DNA from: Somniosus microcephalus
Lineage: Eukaryota
DNA length: 64,000 bases
Reading direction: 5' to 3'
Assembly: GCA_052327205.1 (NCBI GenBank)
Contig: CM126234.1
Span: 22,382,001 to 22,446,000, forward strand
Below are positions 12,752 through 25,890 of the stretch, piece by piece. Both the position numbers and the translations under genes were made by a program. How positions within the stretch are numbered: position 1 is the first letter of the stretch; the number at the start of each line of letters is the position of its first letter. The notes below the pieces were generated by a model. That model did not search any database. It was not told where the DNA came from and was given only the letters and a program-made list of their open reading frames with translations.

Positions 12752-14515
12752 AGGCCGCGATTTTACCGTGGCGGGCGATGTCAGTGGCGGGTCCCAACCC
12801 CGCTGCTGTCTCCATCCCGGCCTCTGAAATGAATTTCCCCTGATTGGCCTTGTTAAGCCTGCCCAGCGCGTTTCCCGGCCAATTAGAGGAAACGGGTCTG
12901 GTGACATGATTTGATGACATGTCATCAGCTGGTTTCCTTAAAGGGACCATGGCCAAATTTACTTTGACATTTGTGCGGTCAGTGTTCTACAGCATTGAGG
13001 TGCTGCAAACACTGACAATCACTGCACAGCGGCACAGGGCTGCACCCAGGCTCTCCCATGACTCCCTCCATATGCTTATGAAGAGAGTCACAGCACGCAG
13101 GGAGGTCCTCTTCCCTTCCCATGGGCGGAAGAGACCTCCCCAGGACATCAACATAGTCTGGTTGTACATTGCAGAGGAGGGCACAAGCCGGGATGAAGTC
13201 AGGAGGACCTGGGTGCAGTGCCGCAAACGTTTTAATGATCTCAGTAGATCACAAAATGCTAGTACAAAGCCACACTCAAACTCATCCTGAAGTGCCTCTC
13301 ATCACATCCCCATCACTCTGCCTTCCCTACCCTACTCCTGCACATCCTTACTCACACCAACTTACCTTGCACCTCCACCCATCCCTCTCTATCTACATTA
13401 TCACATCCCCATCTCACTAGCCACCCCTCACACTCACCCTCATCCTAGTGCAATCAAACCAACTAACAACACACAAGGGTAGGCACTTGGGTGATTTATC
13501 CAATGTTCATGTAAAGTTTCTGTTAATGTGGTGGCAAACATTGAAACCTTTATTTTCAACACTTAACGTTCTTGGACAGATTTGTGTGCACCTTTGGAAG
13601 TGGTTTAGTGATTTGCAATGAATGTTGAGACATAACGGTACCCCCCGCAATGGTGATGAGTGTGAAAGGAATGGCTTGGGTGTTGTAGGGATGTTTTATG
13701 ATGTTGGTGTGGGGTGGTGCCAACCTGGTGCATCATGTGGCAGCCAGGGTGTGCAGCATCAAGTGAAGTAAATCTGGCCATGCTGAGGCCCCGGGCAACA
13801 ATGTGGTCGGGTGCCGATGTCCCCTGTCCTGCGCAGCATCAGGTGATTGTGGAGAAGGTTGGTGGTGTTGGTGTGCCTGGTGATGTTGATGTTGTTGGGG
13901 CTGATCATGGTGGGATTCTGAGGACCAAGGTGAGAGAGTTTCAAGGGCACCCATGCTGATGGAATAGATGGCAGGTGAAGTAGAGATGACCGAAGCGATC
14001 TGTCAATGGTGGGAGAGGTAATGAGGTCAGACTGGATGGAGACTTGTGTAAAGACTTGCAACATCCTGAATCTGTAGTGGAAATGCAGTTTAGCAAAGCT
14101 AGTGGTTAAGGGAACATTTCTCAATCAGCTGGGAGCTTTGACTTGACATTTGAAGCTGTCAACTCATCAGCTGATTCAATGGCCACTGACCTCCCGCCTC
14201 AGCTGCACAGACAAGGTCCAGGCACAGCAGGAAACTGGTGGGCGACCTGTCAAATCCAAAAAGCTGGGGGAAAACATTGATAAGTGGCTGTAAAGAAGCC
14301 ACTAATGATTTTAATTGCCTCCCCCGCTGCTGCGTGTCAGGTCTGCTCAGCACTGACATACCCGACATTTGGTAAAGGCGCATGGCGGTGGGTTCACAGC
14401 AGGGTCCCGACCCACTGGGGGGAAAAAATACTTTCCCACCCGACCCGCCATCAATTGCACCCTCTGATCTCCCCCCTCCCGCACCCCCCCCCCACCCCCT
14501 GCAAAATCCAGCCCC
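12752..14515 (+). mobile_element. Internally deleted PIF/Harbinger-like DNA transposon with a Myb/SANT-like ORF remnant
   Basis: Imperfect TIRs ggccgcgattttac / gcaaaatccagcccc. ORF 12919-13290 (REVLFPSHGRK...W..IAEE...RRTWVQCRKRFNDL) resembles Harbinger Myb/SANT proteins. Splits a - strand L2-like fragment. Confidence 0.72.
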
Positions 14516-15793
14516 TAGTTTCCCGAATAAACGACTACCAATGGTGGAGCAGAGGACCAAGATAAAGCCCAGTGTTGAGAGGTGTAAAAGGTGTGCACAG
14601 AAGGATCAAGCACTGCCAAAAGGAGGCTGAAGTGTTGGCTGGCAGGTGGAAGGGAAAATGAAAGAAGGGATCATGCCTACGCTCCATGGCCTCACTGTTC
14701 CCTATCTCTGTGACCTCCTACAAACCTTTATGAACTCTGCGTTCCTCCAATTCTGGATTCTTGTCCATACTCCACTCCCTTCGCCCCACCATTGGCGGTC
14801 ATGCCAACAGCCGTCTAGGTCCTAATCGCTAGCATTCCCTCCCTAAACCTTGCCACCTCTCTCTTTGGTAAAAACCCATCCTTAAAACCTACTTCTTTAA
14901 CCAAGCTTTTAGTCATCCCTCTTAATGTTTCCTCCTTTGGCTCAGTGTCAGTTTTTGCCCGATAACGCTCTTCTGAAGCATCATGGGAATTTTTTCTCTC
15001 TTAATTATGCTATATGAATGCAAATTGTTGTTGTAGTAGTCACTGGTAACTCGTGATGGCTGGCTACATGAAGTATTGGTGGCAGTCTGGCAGTAGACCA
15101 CGCTCTCTCTTGGTGGGTCAAAAATGACAGAATGAAAATAATTAGAAATGAAAGTATAAAAAATCATAACTATACCAAGATGGCAACTTGTAGTTTTGAT
15201 ACCACATCTCAACATCAGAACTATCGAGTAATAGCCATGAGCACTGTCTCAACTGGGATTATTTCTCAATAGTCCAGATGTGAAATTCTCTCAATCACAG
15301 TGTGCAGCAGTCATCAAACTCTGCACTTGTCTCTGGGGAAACCTCAGGAGGTTTGCTCTGCTATTAATCTGACATCTGCAACACTTGCACTGCAGCAAAG
15401 ATTACTTTGCAAATCTCATTAAATATGTGGGAGCATAGTCTCTTTGGGGTCAAGGCAACTCCAAGATAACATGCTTGGTGATGGAAGATCGGAACCAAGT
15501 CTGTAGCAAGCTCGGTAATCTGATATCAGAAACATGACCAGCTTACCTGATTCATGAATGGAACCTGGAGGAGTAAACCTGTCGTTTACCTCATTTGCTG
15601 TGTTTGCCTACAAAATAACAGTGACTACAAAAGTAATCCATTGGTTGTAAAGTGCTTTGGAACGTCTTGAGGACATGAAAGCCACTATATGAATGCAGAT
15701 TCTTCCTTGCTTAAGATTATCTCTGTCCTCTCTGATGATTCAATTGAAATCACTACCTGTTTGGTTGATCAACCTTTTCTATTTGTTTTACAG

Positions 15794-16150
15794 TTGAGAG
15801 TGTTCAAATTGGCAAAGTCCTGGCCAACACTCAACATGTTGATAAAAATCATCGGCAACTCTGTCGGTGCCTTGGGAAACCTGACATTGGTGTTGGCGAT
15901 CATCGTCTTCATCTTTGCCGTGGTGGGCATGCAGCTCTTTGGTAAAAGCTACAAGGACTGCGTCTGTAAGATCAATCAGGATTGCATTCTGCCCCGTTGG
16001 CACATGAATGACTTCTTCCACTCTTTCTTGATCGTGTTTCGCGTGCTGTGCGGTGAATGGATTGAGACAATGTGGGACTGTATGGAAGTGGCAGGCCAGA
16101 CCATGTGTCTCACTGTGTTCATGATGGTCATGGTTATTGGCAATCTTGTG
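15794..16150 (+). CDS. scn8a: Nav exon, DII S4-S6 with P-loop [12 protein letters not shown] (E of the DEKA filter)
   Basis: ttacag|...|gtaagt; 357 bp. Confidence 0.98.
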
Positions 16151-16984
16151 GTAAGTAGCAAACTTTTACACGAATACTTGCCGAAAAAAAAGGCCTCTAA
16201 TGTTTTATGTGGGGGCCCGAAAGTGTCAGATATTCCAAGCAATTGCTTTTGTGCAGATTATAAAGCTTTGTCACAAATACTCAAAGCTGCATAAAATGTA
16301 AATGGTGTTTTTAAGTTGAGATAGAAGCAAAAGCCCAGAATTAAAAATGAAATGTCAATTTTAGTGGGTAACTAAGCAAAAGGTTTAATTTCCTCGGTGT
16401 CCTATTTTGTAGTGCACCCATTATTTCCTGCATAAATCCCTGTCTACATAATTATTATGCTGAAGTTAATCTGTTTAAAATAGACATTTTAGCATCTGTT
16501 AAAGTAGCGCAGACACAAATTTATGAGAATGCATTGAGATGTACTAAAAATAGAACACGGAATGAAACCCATAGGAGTTTGAGTTTGTAATTGTTTTTTG
16601 CTGAGGTACTTTGCCTAAATTTTGACTGATTATGTGAATGTCTCATTCTTTGACTGGAAGCAGTACCACCAACATTTGATACCTCCTGAGTGCAATGATC
16701 CATTGAGGAGCTGCTGGTGATTGTAAGGGATACTTTCCACTTTGGCACTACTGGCGTGTGCTAGGAGCACATATAGGGAAATTGTGCACCCCAGCTTGTG
16801 ATTTGCAATCCATTGGGCATGGAAAGTCATAGTCTTGGAGTACACAATTTCCCGCTATGCATTCCCAACATGTGCTGGCAGTGTCATGGTGGGAAATCTC
16901 CCTTTATACCTTTTAATGATATTAAGAACTAACCTAGCTTCAGTGTTATCAGATGCTGAGGAACAACCTTTATTGCACGGGGGA

Positions 16985-17601
16985 TGGAGTATAAAAGTAG
17001 GGAAGTCTCGCTACAACTGTACAGGGCGTTGGTGAGACCACACCTGGAGTACTGCGTACAGTTTTGGTCTCCTTATTTAAGGAAGGATATACTTGCATAG
17101 GAGGCAGTTCCGAGAAGGTTCACGAGGTTGATTCCAAAGATGAAAGGGTTGTCTTATGAAGAAACATTGAGCAGGTTGGGCCTGTACTCATTGGAGTTTA
17201 GAAGAATGAGAGGGGATCTTACTGAAACATATAAGATTCTGAAGGGGCTTGACAGGGTAGATGCAGAGAGGATGTTTCCCCTTGAGCAGGAATCTAGAAC
17301 TAGGGGGCATAGTTTCAGAATAAGAGGGCACCCATTTAAATTGGAAATGAGGAGGAATTTCTTCTCTGAGGGTCGTGAATCTTTGGAATTCTCTTCCTCA
17401 GAGAGCTGTGGAGGCTGGGTCATTGAATATATTTAAAGTGGAGATAGACAGATTTTTGAATGATAATGGAGTGAAGGGTTATGGGGAGCGGGCAGGGAAG
17501 TGGAGTTGAGGCCAAGATCAGATCAGCCATGATCTCATTGAATGGCGGAGCAGGCTCGAGGGGCCAAATGATCTACTCCTGCTCCTACGTCTTATGTTCT
17601 T
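16985..17601 (+). mobile_element. CR1 LINE 3' fragment
   Basis: LVRPHLEY and GLYSLEFRRMRGDL motifs plus the 3' UTR. Confidence 0.92.
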
Positions 17602-17934
17602 ATAACCAGTTTTACATTGTTGGTCTCGATGCAACTGAGGTCTCAATTGCCTTGAAACTGGACTCTTTGAATATTAATGTGACAACACTTAACGAGTTCA
17701 TAAGAAATTCCTTTGAATGCTACTTTAACAAAGGTTTGCTTTCATTGGGTTAATTAAGGCAACTTTATGTGGTTTAAAGACAGTCTGAGAATGCTTCAAC
17801 AAAGATGTGCCGTGTGCACCAAACAATCAGAATTTATCTCCAAAAATTGGCAAAATTTGCTTGCTACAAAGTTTGGAAATCCTGCTGTCATCCTGTCTTT
17901 TTCATATTATTGATGAATGTTTGTTACAATATAG

Positions 17935-18405
17935 GTGCTGAACTTGTTCTTGGCCTTGCTGCTGAGTTCTTTCAGTGCTGATAATCTTGCGGCGACTGAC
18001 GATGATGGAGAGATCAACAACCTTCAATTGTCTGTGATGAGGGTCAAAAGAGGAATCGCCTTCATGAAGGCATATGGGCACGAGTTTGTTCAAAAACATT
18101 TCAAGAGCAAAGACGCAGATGAAGCCAAACCATTGGATGAGCTCATAGACAAAAAGGTGAACTACATAGGGAACCATACTGGTGCTGACATTAACCGAGA
18201 AATGGACTACCAAAAGAATGGCAATGGCACCACTAGTGGCATTGGGAGCAGCGTGGAAAAATACATAATTGACGATGACCACAATTCCTTTATACACAAC
18301 CCTAATCTTACTGTCAGAGTTCCAATAGCTGTTGGGGAGTCAGATTTTGAAAACCTAAACACTGAAGACTTCAGCAGTGAATCCGAAGTTGGTGGAAGCA
18401 AAGAG
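17935..18405 (+). CDS. scn8a: Nav exon, DII S6 and DII-DIII linker with ankyrin-G-binding motif [11 protein letters not shown]
   Basis: atag|...|gtaaga; 471 bp. [22 protein letters not shown] is typical of Nav1.6. Confidence 0.97.
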
Positions 18406-19394
18406 GTAAGAAGACATTTTTGTGATTCTTGTCCATGGTCGTTGTTTCTTTGCTGTCGAACCTAAACCATCCAACGTTAATGAATTCAGCCAAGTACACC
18501 AGAAGATGAACTTCAGCCCGACAAAATGCCTTTAGGCTAACCAATCCCACTCCATTCACACTCCGCGTATGATCACTCTATCGTGGGTTTTCCCTTTCCC
18601 CTCCCCAACCACCTTCTGTTGAAAAGTCTACGTTGAGCATTCAAGCACTTGACCGGATAGTCTGAAATTCCCCTCTCTGAGATTGTAGCAGAAGTTTTAA
18701 CCCAATTCATCAGAAACAGGTCAACTCCGCTGCTAAAATAGCGGAGAAAGGAATTTCAGATGAATGCACTAAGTGTTCTTATACGACTATTTCACAGTGG
18801 TATTTCAGTGCTGAAGTTTTTTCCCCAACTAGAAACAAAATAATAGCACCTAGAGCATAAGAATTTAAATAGAGAAGTGGTCCAAATAGAATCCTTATGG
18901 ATTGAGGACAAAATTTGTAGATGATTTGCGAGGCATTTACTAACAATAGAGTCATAATTGTAGGAGTTCTAATTAACCAAAAATAATCTGTGGATAGAAA
19001 GGGGTGGGTTTTTCTTTTTTTCAGTGCATGTAGGACCATTTTCACAGTCAAAGAAGAATATTAATGGTTAATGGGGAGCGAGGAACAGCGTGGGCTTAGA
19101 CAAGGTGGCTCTTGAAGAGAAAGCACCGGTACAGACTTGATGGGTTGAACAGCCTGTTTCGGTGCTGTAATATTTTATGATTCTGTTAACCTTCTCAACA
19201 CACATTGATCCAGCTCCCATTTAAAAGTGCCAGTTGCATTTATCCATGCGTTAAGAATTAAATGTCTTGGAATAAATTGGGACCTTCTGGTTTCAGGCAG
19301 ACAGGGGCAGGGCTGAAGTTTCAGGCCCGGGATATGTTAACTCCTGGGACTCATTTAAATTCTGCTGCTCCAATTCCCACTCGGAACGGGTGGG

Positions 19395-21327
19395 AAGAGG
19401 GCACAGAAATGGCGGACATGTTGACTAATTACTTTTACGTCAGTATTTACAGTAGAGGAAGTGGATAATCTGCCGGAAATCCCAAGGACGCTAATATTGC
19501 ATCAGGGACAGGGACTAAGCAAAATAATGGTACTAAAGAGTGACAAATCCGCAGGACCAGCTGGTTTCCTTCCCAGGGTTTTAAAGGAAATAGGTGAGCA
19601 CATTGCAGATGCCCTAACTACAGGAAACTTTGTGATATCCGGCACCGACGGGACCGAGCTGTTGCCGATCTATCAAAACTGCCGGACATACAAAGTTAAT
19701 ATTGAAGCATATGGAGATTTTCATCTCCGTATCTGACAACAGCTTCAGAGAGACTTTCCAAAGCCTGACTGTTGGGGGGAAAAAAAGCCACGAGAAGAAA
19801 AACAACCTAACAGAACGGCTCCTGATTTCTGCCGGTAGATCGAGGTTTCCGGACATACAACCTCCGGATAAACCAAAGTCTCCTGTATAATTTTCCAAAG
19901 TTCTCTTGATTCAGGAGCCGTTCCTTTAGATTGGAAGACTGCGCATGTCACTCCATTATTTAAGAATGGTGAGAGGGAAACAAGGGAACTATAGACCAGT
20001 TAGCCTAACATCTGTTGTCAGGAAATTACTAGAGTCTATAATTAAGGATAGGGTGACTGAACACCTTGACATTTTTCAGCTGATCAGAGAGCTAGCATGG
20101 ATTTGTAAAAGCTAGGTCATGCCTGACGAACCTGATTGTTTTTTTTGAAGAGGTGACTAAAGTAGTGGACAGGGGAATGTCTATGGATGTTATTTATCTG
20201 GACTTCCAGAAGGCATTTGATAAAGTCCCTCATAAGAGACTGTTAACTAAGGTTAAAGCCCATGGAACTGAAGGCAAATTATTGACCTGGTTAGGAACTT
20301 GGCTGAGCGGCAGGATAACGGGCAGGTACTCTAATTGTTAGGATGTGACAAGTGGTGACCAGCAGGGATCGGTGTTGGGGCCTCAACTATTCACCATATT
20401 TATTAATGACTTGGATGATGGGATAGAAAGACACATATCCAAATTTGCTGATGAGACAAAGATAGGTGCAGTGTAGATTAAAGCATAAAATTACAAAGAG
20501 ATATTGATAGATTAAGTGAATGAGCAAAACTGTGGCAAATGGATTTCAATGTAGGCAAATGTGAGGTCATCCACTTTTGACCTAAACAGGATAGAACAGG
20601 GTATTTCCTAAATGGTGAAAGGCTAAAAACAGTGGAGGTCCAAAGAGACTTGGGGGTCCAGGTACAGATGAACAGATACAGAAAATAATCAAAAATGCTA
20701 ATGGAATGTTGGCCTTTATATCTAGCGGGCTAGAATACAAGGGGGTAGAAGTTACACAAAGCCCTGGTTAGACCACACCTGGAGCACTGTGAGCAGTTCT
20801 GGGCACCAGACCTTAGGAAGGATATATTGGCCTTGGAGGGAGTGCAGCGTAGGTTTACCAGAATGATACCCGGACTCCAAGGGTTAAATTACGAGGAGAG
20901 ATTACACAAACTAGGGTTGTATTCTCTGGAATTTAGAAGGTTACGGGGTGATTTGATCGAAGTTTTCAAGATATCAAGGGGAACAGATCGGGTCGATAGA
21001 GAGAAACTATTTCTACTGGTTGGGGATTCTCGGACTAGGGGGCAGAGTCTAAAAATTAGAGCCAGACCTTTCAGGAGTGAAATTAGGAAACACTTCTACA
21101 CACAAAGGGTGGTAGAAGTTTGGAACTCTCTTCCGCAAACGGCAATTGATGCTCGATCAATTGTTAGTTTTAAATCTGAGATTGATAGATTTTTGTTAAC
21201 CAAAAGCATTAAGGGATAGGGGCCAAAGGCGGGTAGATGGAGTTAGGTCAGAGATCAGCCGTGATCTCATTGAGTGGCGGAACAGGCTCGAGGGGCTGAA
21301 TGGCCTGCTCCTGTTCCTAGGTTCCTA
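19395..21327 (+). mobile_element. CR1 LINE (about 1.7 kb, decayed RT) interrupted by a MITE
   Basis: KSAGPAGFLPRVLKE, DVIYLDFQKAFDKVPH and ORF 20827-21219. Confidence 0.93.
19621..19885 (+). mobile_element. TA-flanked MITE (Tc1/mariner-type), copy 1
   Basis: TA|CAGGAAACTTTG...CAAAGTCTCCTG|TA. Excision restores the CR1 frame ADALTIIFQSS. Confidence 0.9.
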
Positions 21328-21816
21328 AGAGCAGCTGTTGGCAGGGAAAGATCAAGCGACTTGCAAATAAGTGACAGGGTGGGGTTTTTGGAGGTCTCAC
21401 GGTAGGGTAGGGATAGGGCGAGTCCGGAGCAATGGAGGCTGCAACTTTAATTGTTAGGCTCAGAAGAGCACTTCTGCTCCTCCTGTCCCCATGTAAGAAA
21501 GTTTGACACTTTCCTTGGAGGTCCCTTTTGTCTGCAAATTAGCTGCAGACCAGCTTCAGCCTGGCGGGAAAGGCACAGTGGTTTCCGTGCTCAGGCCCCA
21601 GTTAAAAAGTAATTGGAGTCCCATTGATGTAATGGGACCAAATTTGCATAAACTCATGAGGCCCCCACCTTCTTTAGGCAGCTGCCTCATCTGCCTGCAG
21701 AACCCTGCAGGTTAAAATCCAAAATAATGTGAAAGGGATCTGAGCAGGTAAGTTTGCTTTAGCACTACATATTGTTATGAAGTTGCCATTCATTTGTGTG
21801 TCTCTTGCACTTGCAG

Positions 21817-21937
21817 AAACTGGATGACACCAGCTCGTCGGAAGGAAGTACAATAGATATAAAGCCGGAAGGAGAAGAGGGCCCACCAGTAGAGCAACCT
21901 GAAGAGTACTTGGACCCTGAAGCGTGCTTCACTGATG
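21817..21937 (+). CDS. scn8a: Nav exon, DII-DIII linker ([40 protein letters not shown])
   Basis: ttgcag|...|gtgggg; 121 bp, phase 0 to 1. Nearly identical to the mammalian Nav1.6 linker as I recall it. Not in the ORF track. Confidence 0.95.
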
Positions 21938-22149
21938 GTGGGGGCTGAGTACACAACTTTGTAAAATCACAATTAGCATTGCTGGAGATTAATGGGTTGG
22001 GGTAGAGTGGATTGTATGTTGTCTGTGCAAGAAATAGGCAAGACAGCCTATTCTTTATGCTTTCTCACTTTCTTAAATAGACATTGTCCTGATGATTCAA
22101 CTTGTTAAAGTAGTAAGCAGCTCAGCCATCCTTTCAAGGATGTACTGGG

Positions 22150-22800
22150 CCAGTAGGTGGCAAATGCTGTTCAATGTGGATAAGTGTAAAATAATTAGTA
22201 TGGAAACATGTGTTAAAAGTAGTTTTGTCAATGCAGTACTTCACTGTAGTTAAACATGAAAGTAGGCAATTGGTTTGCATTAAGATAGAATACAAAAGAG
22301 GCTGTATTGTTGCTGTATAAGATGTTGGTTGGACTCTATCTAGAATGCTATGTGACGTTTGCCGAATTAGAGGAAGGATATTATTACTTGCAGACTGGTT
22401 CAGAAACAAACAAGATAATCCCAGGTATCAGGAATTTAATTTTTGAGGAACAAGCAATGTAGAGCAAGAGAAATCTTTGAACGACCTAACTGAAGTTTTC
22501 AACATCAAGAAAGCAATGGACTAACTTGATTGAGGGAAATTGTTTACTTTGGGCAATGGGTTTAAATATTGGAGGATGCACATTCAAAGTTTTGAAGTTT
22601 GCAAAAAGGAAGTCAGGTGGAGCTTTTTTGCACAAAGGTTAATTGACTTGTGGATCAGGAAAGGCCATTGAAGCAAATTGCATAAAATGAGTTCAAGAGG
22701 AATGTAGATGTGTTCTTGGAGTAACAAGAAATTAGGGATCTGGTGAGGAGGCAGGTAGCTATGATTGAAATTAATCAAAAAGGGATAGGCTTGTTAGATG
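22150..22800 (+). mobile_element. Highly decayed CR1 fragment
   Basis: ggtggcaaatgctgttcaatgtggataagtg and tatagaatacaaaa...ttggttggact remnants. Confidence 0.65.
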
Positions 22801-22948
22801 AAATAACATATGTCCAAAAGTGTAGATTCAGAAATTGGACTATGTACTTGAACAAAATGGTCACCACAGCTGAGCATGTGAGCCAATTAACTGCTAAATA
22901 ATCCTGCCCAGTGCTCTTACAGCTATGTGTTGTTTTTATTTTCCACAG

Positions 22949-23103
22949 GTTGTGTGCAACAGTTTAAATGTTGTCAGGTCAGCATCGAAGAAGGCTGGGG
23001 CAAACCGTGGTGGACTTTGCGAAAGACCTGCTTTTTGATAGTGGAACATAACTGGTTTGAAACCTTCATCGTTTTTATGATTCTACTGAGCAGTGGAGCA
23101 CTG
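22949..23103 (+). CDS. scn8a: Nav exon, DIII S1 ([11 protein letters not shown]...LLSSGAL)
   Basis: ccacag|...|gtaagt; 155 bp. Confidence 0.97.
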
Positions 23104-23803
23104 GTAAGTTCTTGTGGACTAGAGCGGAATTAGCACTCCGACAACAAATACACAGGTGCACCATCAGTTAACCAAACGAAAGACAGTACTTTGTATTCTC
23201 AAGCTGAGCCACAAATATCTGTTTTCTTCGAACCATAGCTTCATGTGCTGGCTGCATTTGCAAGTATATTTCTCCTTCCTTGCTGAAGTTGCTGGCTCTT
23301 ACTGTGATCCAAGCACCAGATGCCCTCCAACATCTTGTCCAAGTGGCCATTCTTCGTGAGTGCACCCAGTCAGTGACGTCAGTAGCTGTTTGACTGTGGC
23401 ACCATCGCAACTGAGCCTCACCCTGCCCTCGCCGAATGTCAACATACGTTTCCAGCAGGGTCATTGGACAGTGAGCAGCAGTAGGAACCCAGGCTGATTT
23501 TTTTTTCCCCTCCCTAATCCAGGGACACTTTGACCAAGTGCAGCCCTAGCGGAGATCAACTAAATAGACACAAAAAGAAGATTTGAACCTAGGATCTTCT
23601 AATTCTGTTTGGCGCGGTATCACGTAGGCTGGTCTCTTCCCACTGGCCGTAGAGGGGGGGAGATTTTTACATCTCAATTAGTCGGTTATTAAATTATAAC
23701 TAGATTTGTTCTTGCATATAAATCTAATGTTTAATTTTTTTTATTACCAATTCAATCTCTGGTATACAATTTCAAATCCTTAATTACAAAGTATTACATA
23801 GTA

Positions 23804-24137
23804 CAGGAAACTTTCTGGTATCCGACACTGACGGGACCGAGCTGGTGCCGTACCATCAAAACTGCCGTAGAAACCAGCGCTAATGTTAAAACATACGGAG
23901 CTTTTGAGTTCCGTGTGAATTAACAAACCCTGTTGCTTAGCAACAGCTTCAAAACAGTCGGCCGCAGCTTAAAAGCGTCTCTGTAGCTAAGCAACAGCTT
24001 CAGCTAGACCTTGCAGAGCCTGACTGGAAAAAAAAAAGCAACGAGAAGTAAAAAAACTTATAGGAAACGGCTCCTGAATTTTGCCGGTAGATAGAGCTTT
24101 CCGGACATTTAACCTCCGGATAAACGAAAGTTTCCTG
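23804..24137 (+). mobile_element. TA-flanked MITE, copy 2, inserted in a CR1 tail
   Basis: TA|CAGGAAACTTTC...GAAAGTTTCCTG|TA. Confidence 0.9.
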
Positions 24138-24139
24138 TA

Positions 24140-24575
24140 TTTACAGCACAGAAACCGGCCATTCGGCCCAACTGGTCCATGCTGGTGTTTATGCTCCACA
24201 CGAGCCTCCTCCCACCCCACTTCATCTCACCCTATCAACATAACCTTCTATTCCTTTCCCCCTCATGTGTTTATCTAGCCTCCCCTTAAATGTATCTCTG
24301 CTATTTGCCTCAACCACTCCCTGTGGTAGCGAGTTCCACATTCTCACCACTCTGCATGAAAGAAGTTTCTCCTGAATTCCCTACTGGATTTATTAGTGAC
24401 TATCTTATATTTATGGCCCCTAGTTCTGGTCTCTACACCTACCCTATCGAACCCTTTCATAATCTTGAAGACCTCTATCAGGTCACCCTCAGTTTTCTCT
24501 TTTATAGAGCCTGTTCAATCTTTCCTGATAAGTAAAACCTCTCCGTTCTGGTATCCTTCTAGTAAATCTTTTAAT
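24140..24575 (-). mobile_element. CR1 LINE 3' fragment
   Basis: Closely similar to 7526-7985. Confidence 0.88.
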
Positions 24576-25029
24576 TGATCAAGTCAGGTTTTAAATAAGA
24601 TTTTTGTGTACTGTTACATGGCATGACTGTATTTGCTACTAATGAGTCAGGCATGACTATGGATTCTTTTCCAAATAAATTGTTGAGAAAACCTCCCCCG
24701 TGGATCAGCTGGTAAATGCACCACTTGACGTGAAACTGAGTCACACAAACCAGGCACGTTTCAGGTTTAATCCCCAGCCTGTGCTAAGTTATCTGATCTG
24801 AGCCAGGGCAATCGTTGGGGTGTGACAGTAGTCTCCTAGGGATGGGGAAAATCAGCCAAAGTGACTGCTGCTGGATAGTGCATCAGGCAAAGACAAGACA
24901 ATGAGGTGAACTATGATTTACCGCCCCGCCCCGCCCCTCCCCTCCCATTGAATACGCTGCCAACACTCATGAAGTAAGGAAACCGAGGGCAGCTGACACC
25001 TGTGGATCTAAACCTTGGCACAAGCTGGT

Positions 25030-25627
25030 CGTCGTACGTGTCTTCACACTGTTCCCTTTGGGGAACTGTATGAAGTGGTGGAAGGATTTCTGGCCGCGTT
25101 AACGCTCCTTCCGTGACCGTAACTGTTAAGTATGTGTATTGTATTGAACAATTAACACAAAGACTTAAACGTATAACTCAAACAGGTCTTTACTGGTTGG
25201 AGGTAGGGACTATACGTAGGTCTTTACTTCATGCCCACAGGCGGGAACTGAGGGGAGATCAGTACCCACAGTACTATTTATACCCCTATGGCCAGGAGTG
25301 GTACTGCGTATCACTACGCCCTACAAGTAGTGCAGTCCTGTCCATAGGTTTAAAGTAGCACACATATTACATACACAACAGTAACCATCTACATACCAGC
25401 CATTAGGGTGGTTAGTCCTATGGCGTGAGGGTTTTACGGGCTCCCACAACCCATACGAGTGGGGGGCCACCCACACCCATGGACGCAAGTATCCCGCTGG
25501 ATGTCAACCCAGAATTTAGAGCCGGAGCTCCGACTCCACTTGCCGGGACTGTCTGGAGTAGGATTCGAAACCCTACACCTTCTGGCCCAGCGGCGGGGAT
25601 GCTACCGCTACGCCAAAGGCCCACTCC
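25030..25627 (-). mobile_element. tRNA-derived SINE with 13-bp TSD, split by a solo LTR
   Basis: The - strand head has an A box TGGCGTAGCGG and a B box GTTTCGAATCC. TSD GGCACAAGCTGGT at 25017-25029 and 25628-25640. Confidence 0.82.
25124..25380 (-). mobile_element. Solo LTR (second family)
   Basis: TGTT...AACA ends; 5-bp TSD GTAAC (25119-25123 and 25381-25385); TATAAATA on the - strand. Confidence 0.85.
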
Positions 25628-25716
25628 GGCACAAGCTGGTGCATTTAGAAGAATTTGTTTAAAAAAAATTTTTAAAGCAATTGCTATGCAGTTTTAAAAT
25701 TGTCTTTTTTTTTCAG

Positions 25717-25890
25717 GCTTTTGAGGATGTTTACATTGAACAAAGAAAGACAATCAAGATCATCCTTGAGTATGCTGACCAGATCTTCACATATATCTTC
25801 ATCCTTGAAATGTTGTTGAAGTGGGTGGCCTATGGATTTCAAAAGTACTTCACGAATGCATGGTGCTGGCTGGACTTCCTGATTGTGGAT
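25717..25890 (+). CDS. scn8a: Nav exon, DIII S2-S3 ([11 protein letters not shown]...WLDFLIVD)
   Basis: tttcag|...|gtatgt; 174 bp. Confidence 0.97.

Noticed and set aside
25555-25627. tRNA gene on the - strand
   Set aside because: It has A and B boxes but no convincing cloverleaf, and it continues into a TSD-flanked body; it is a SINE head.
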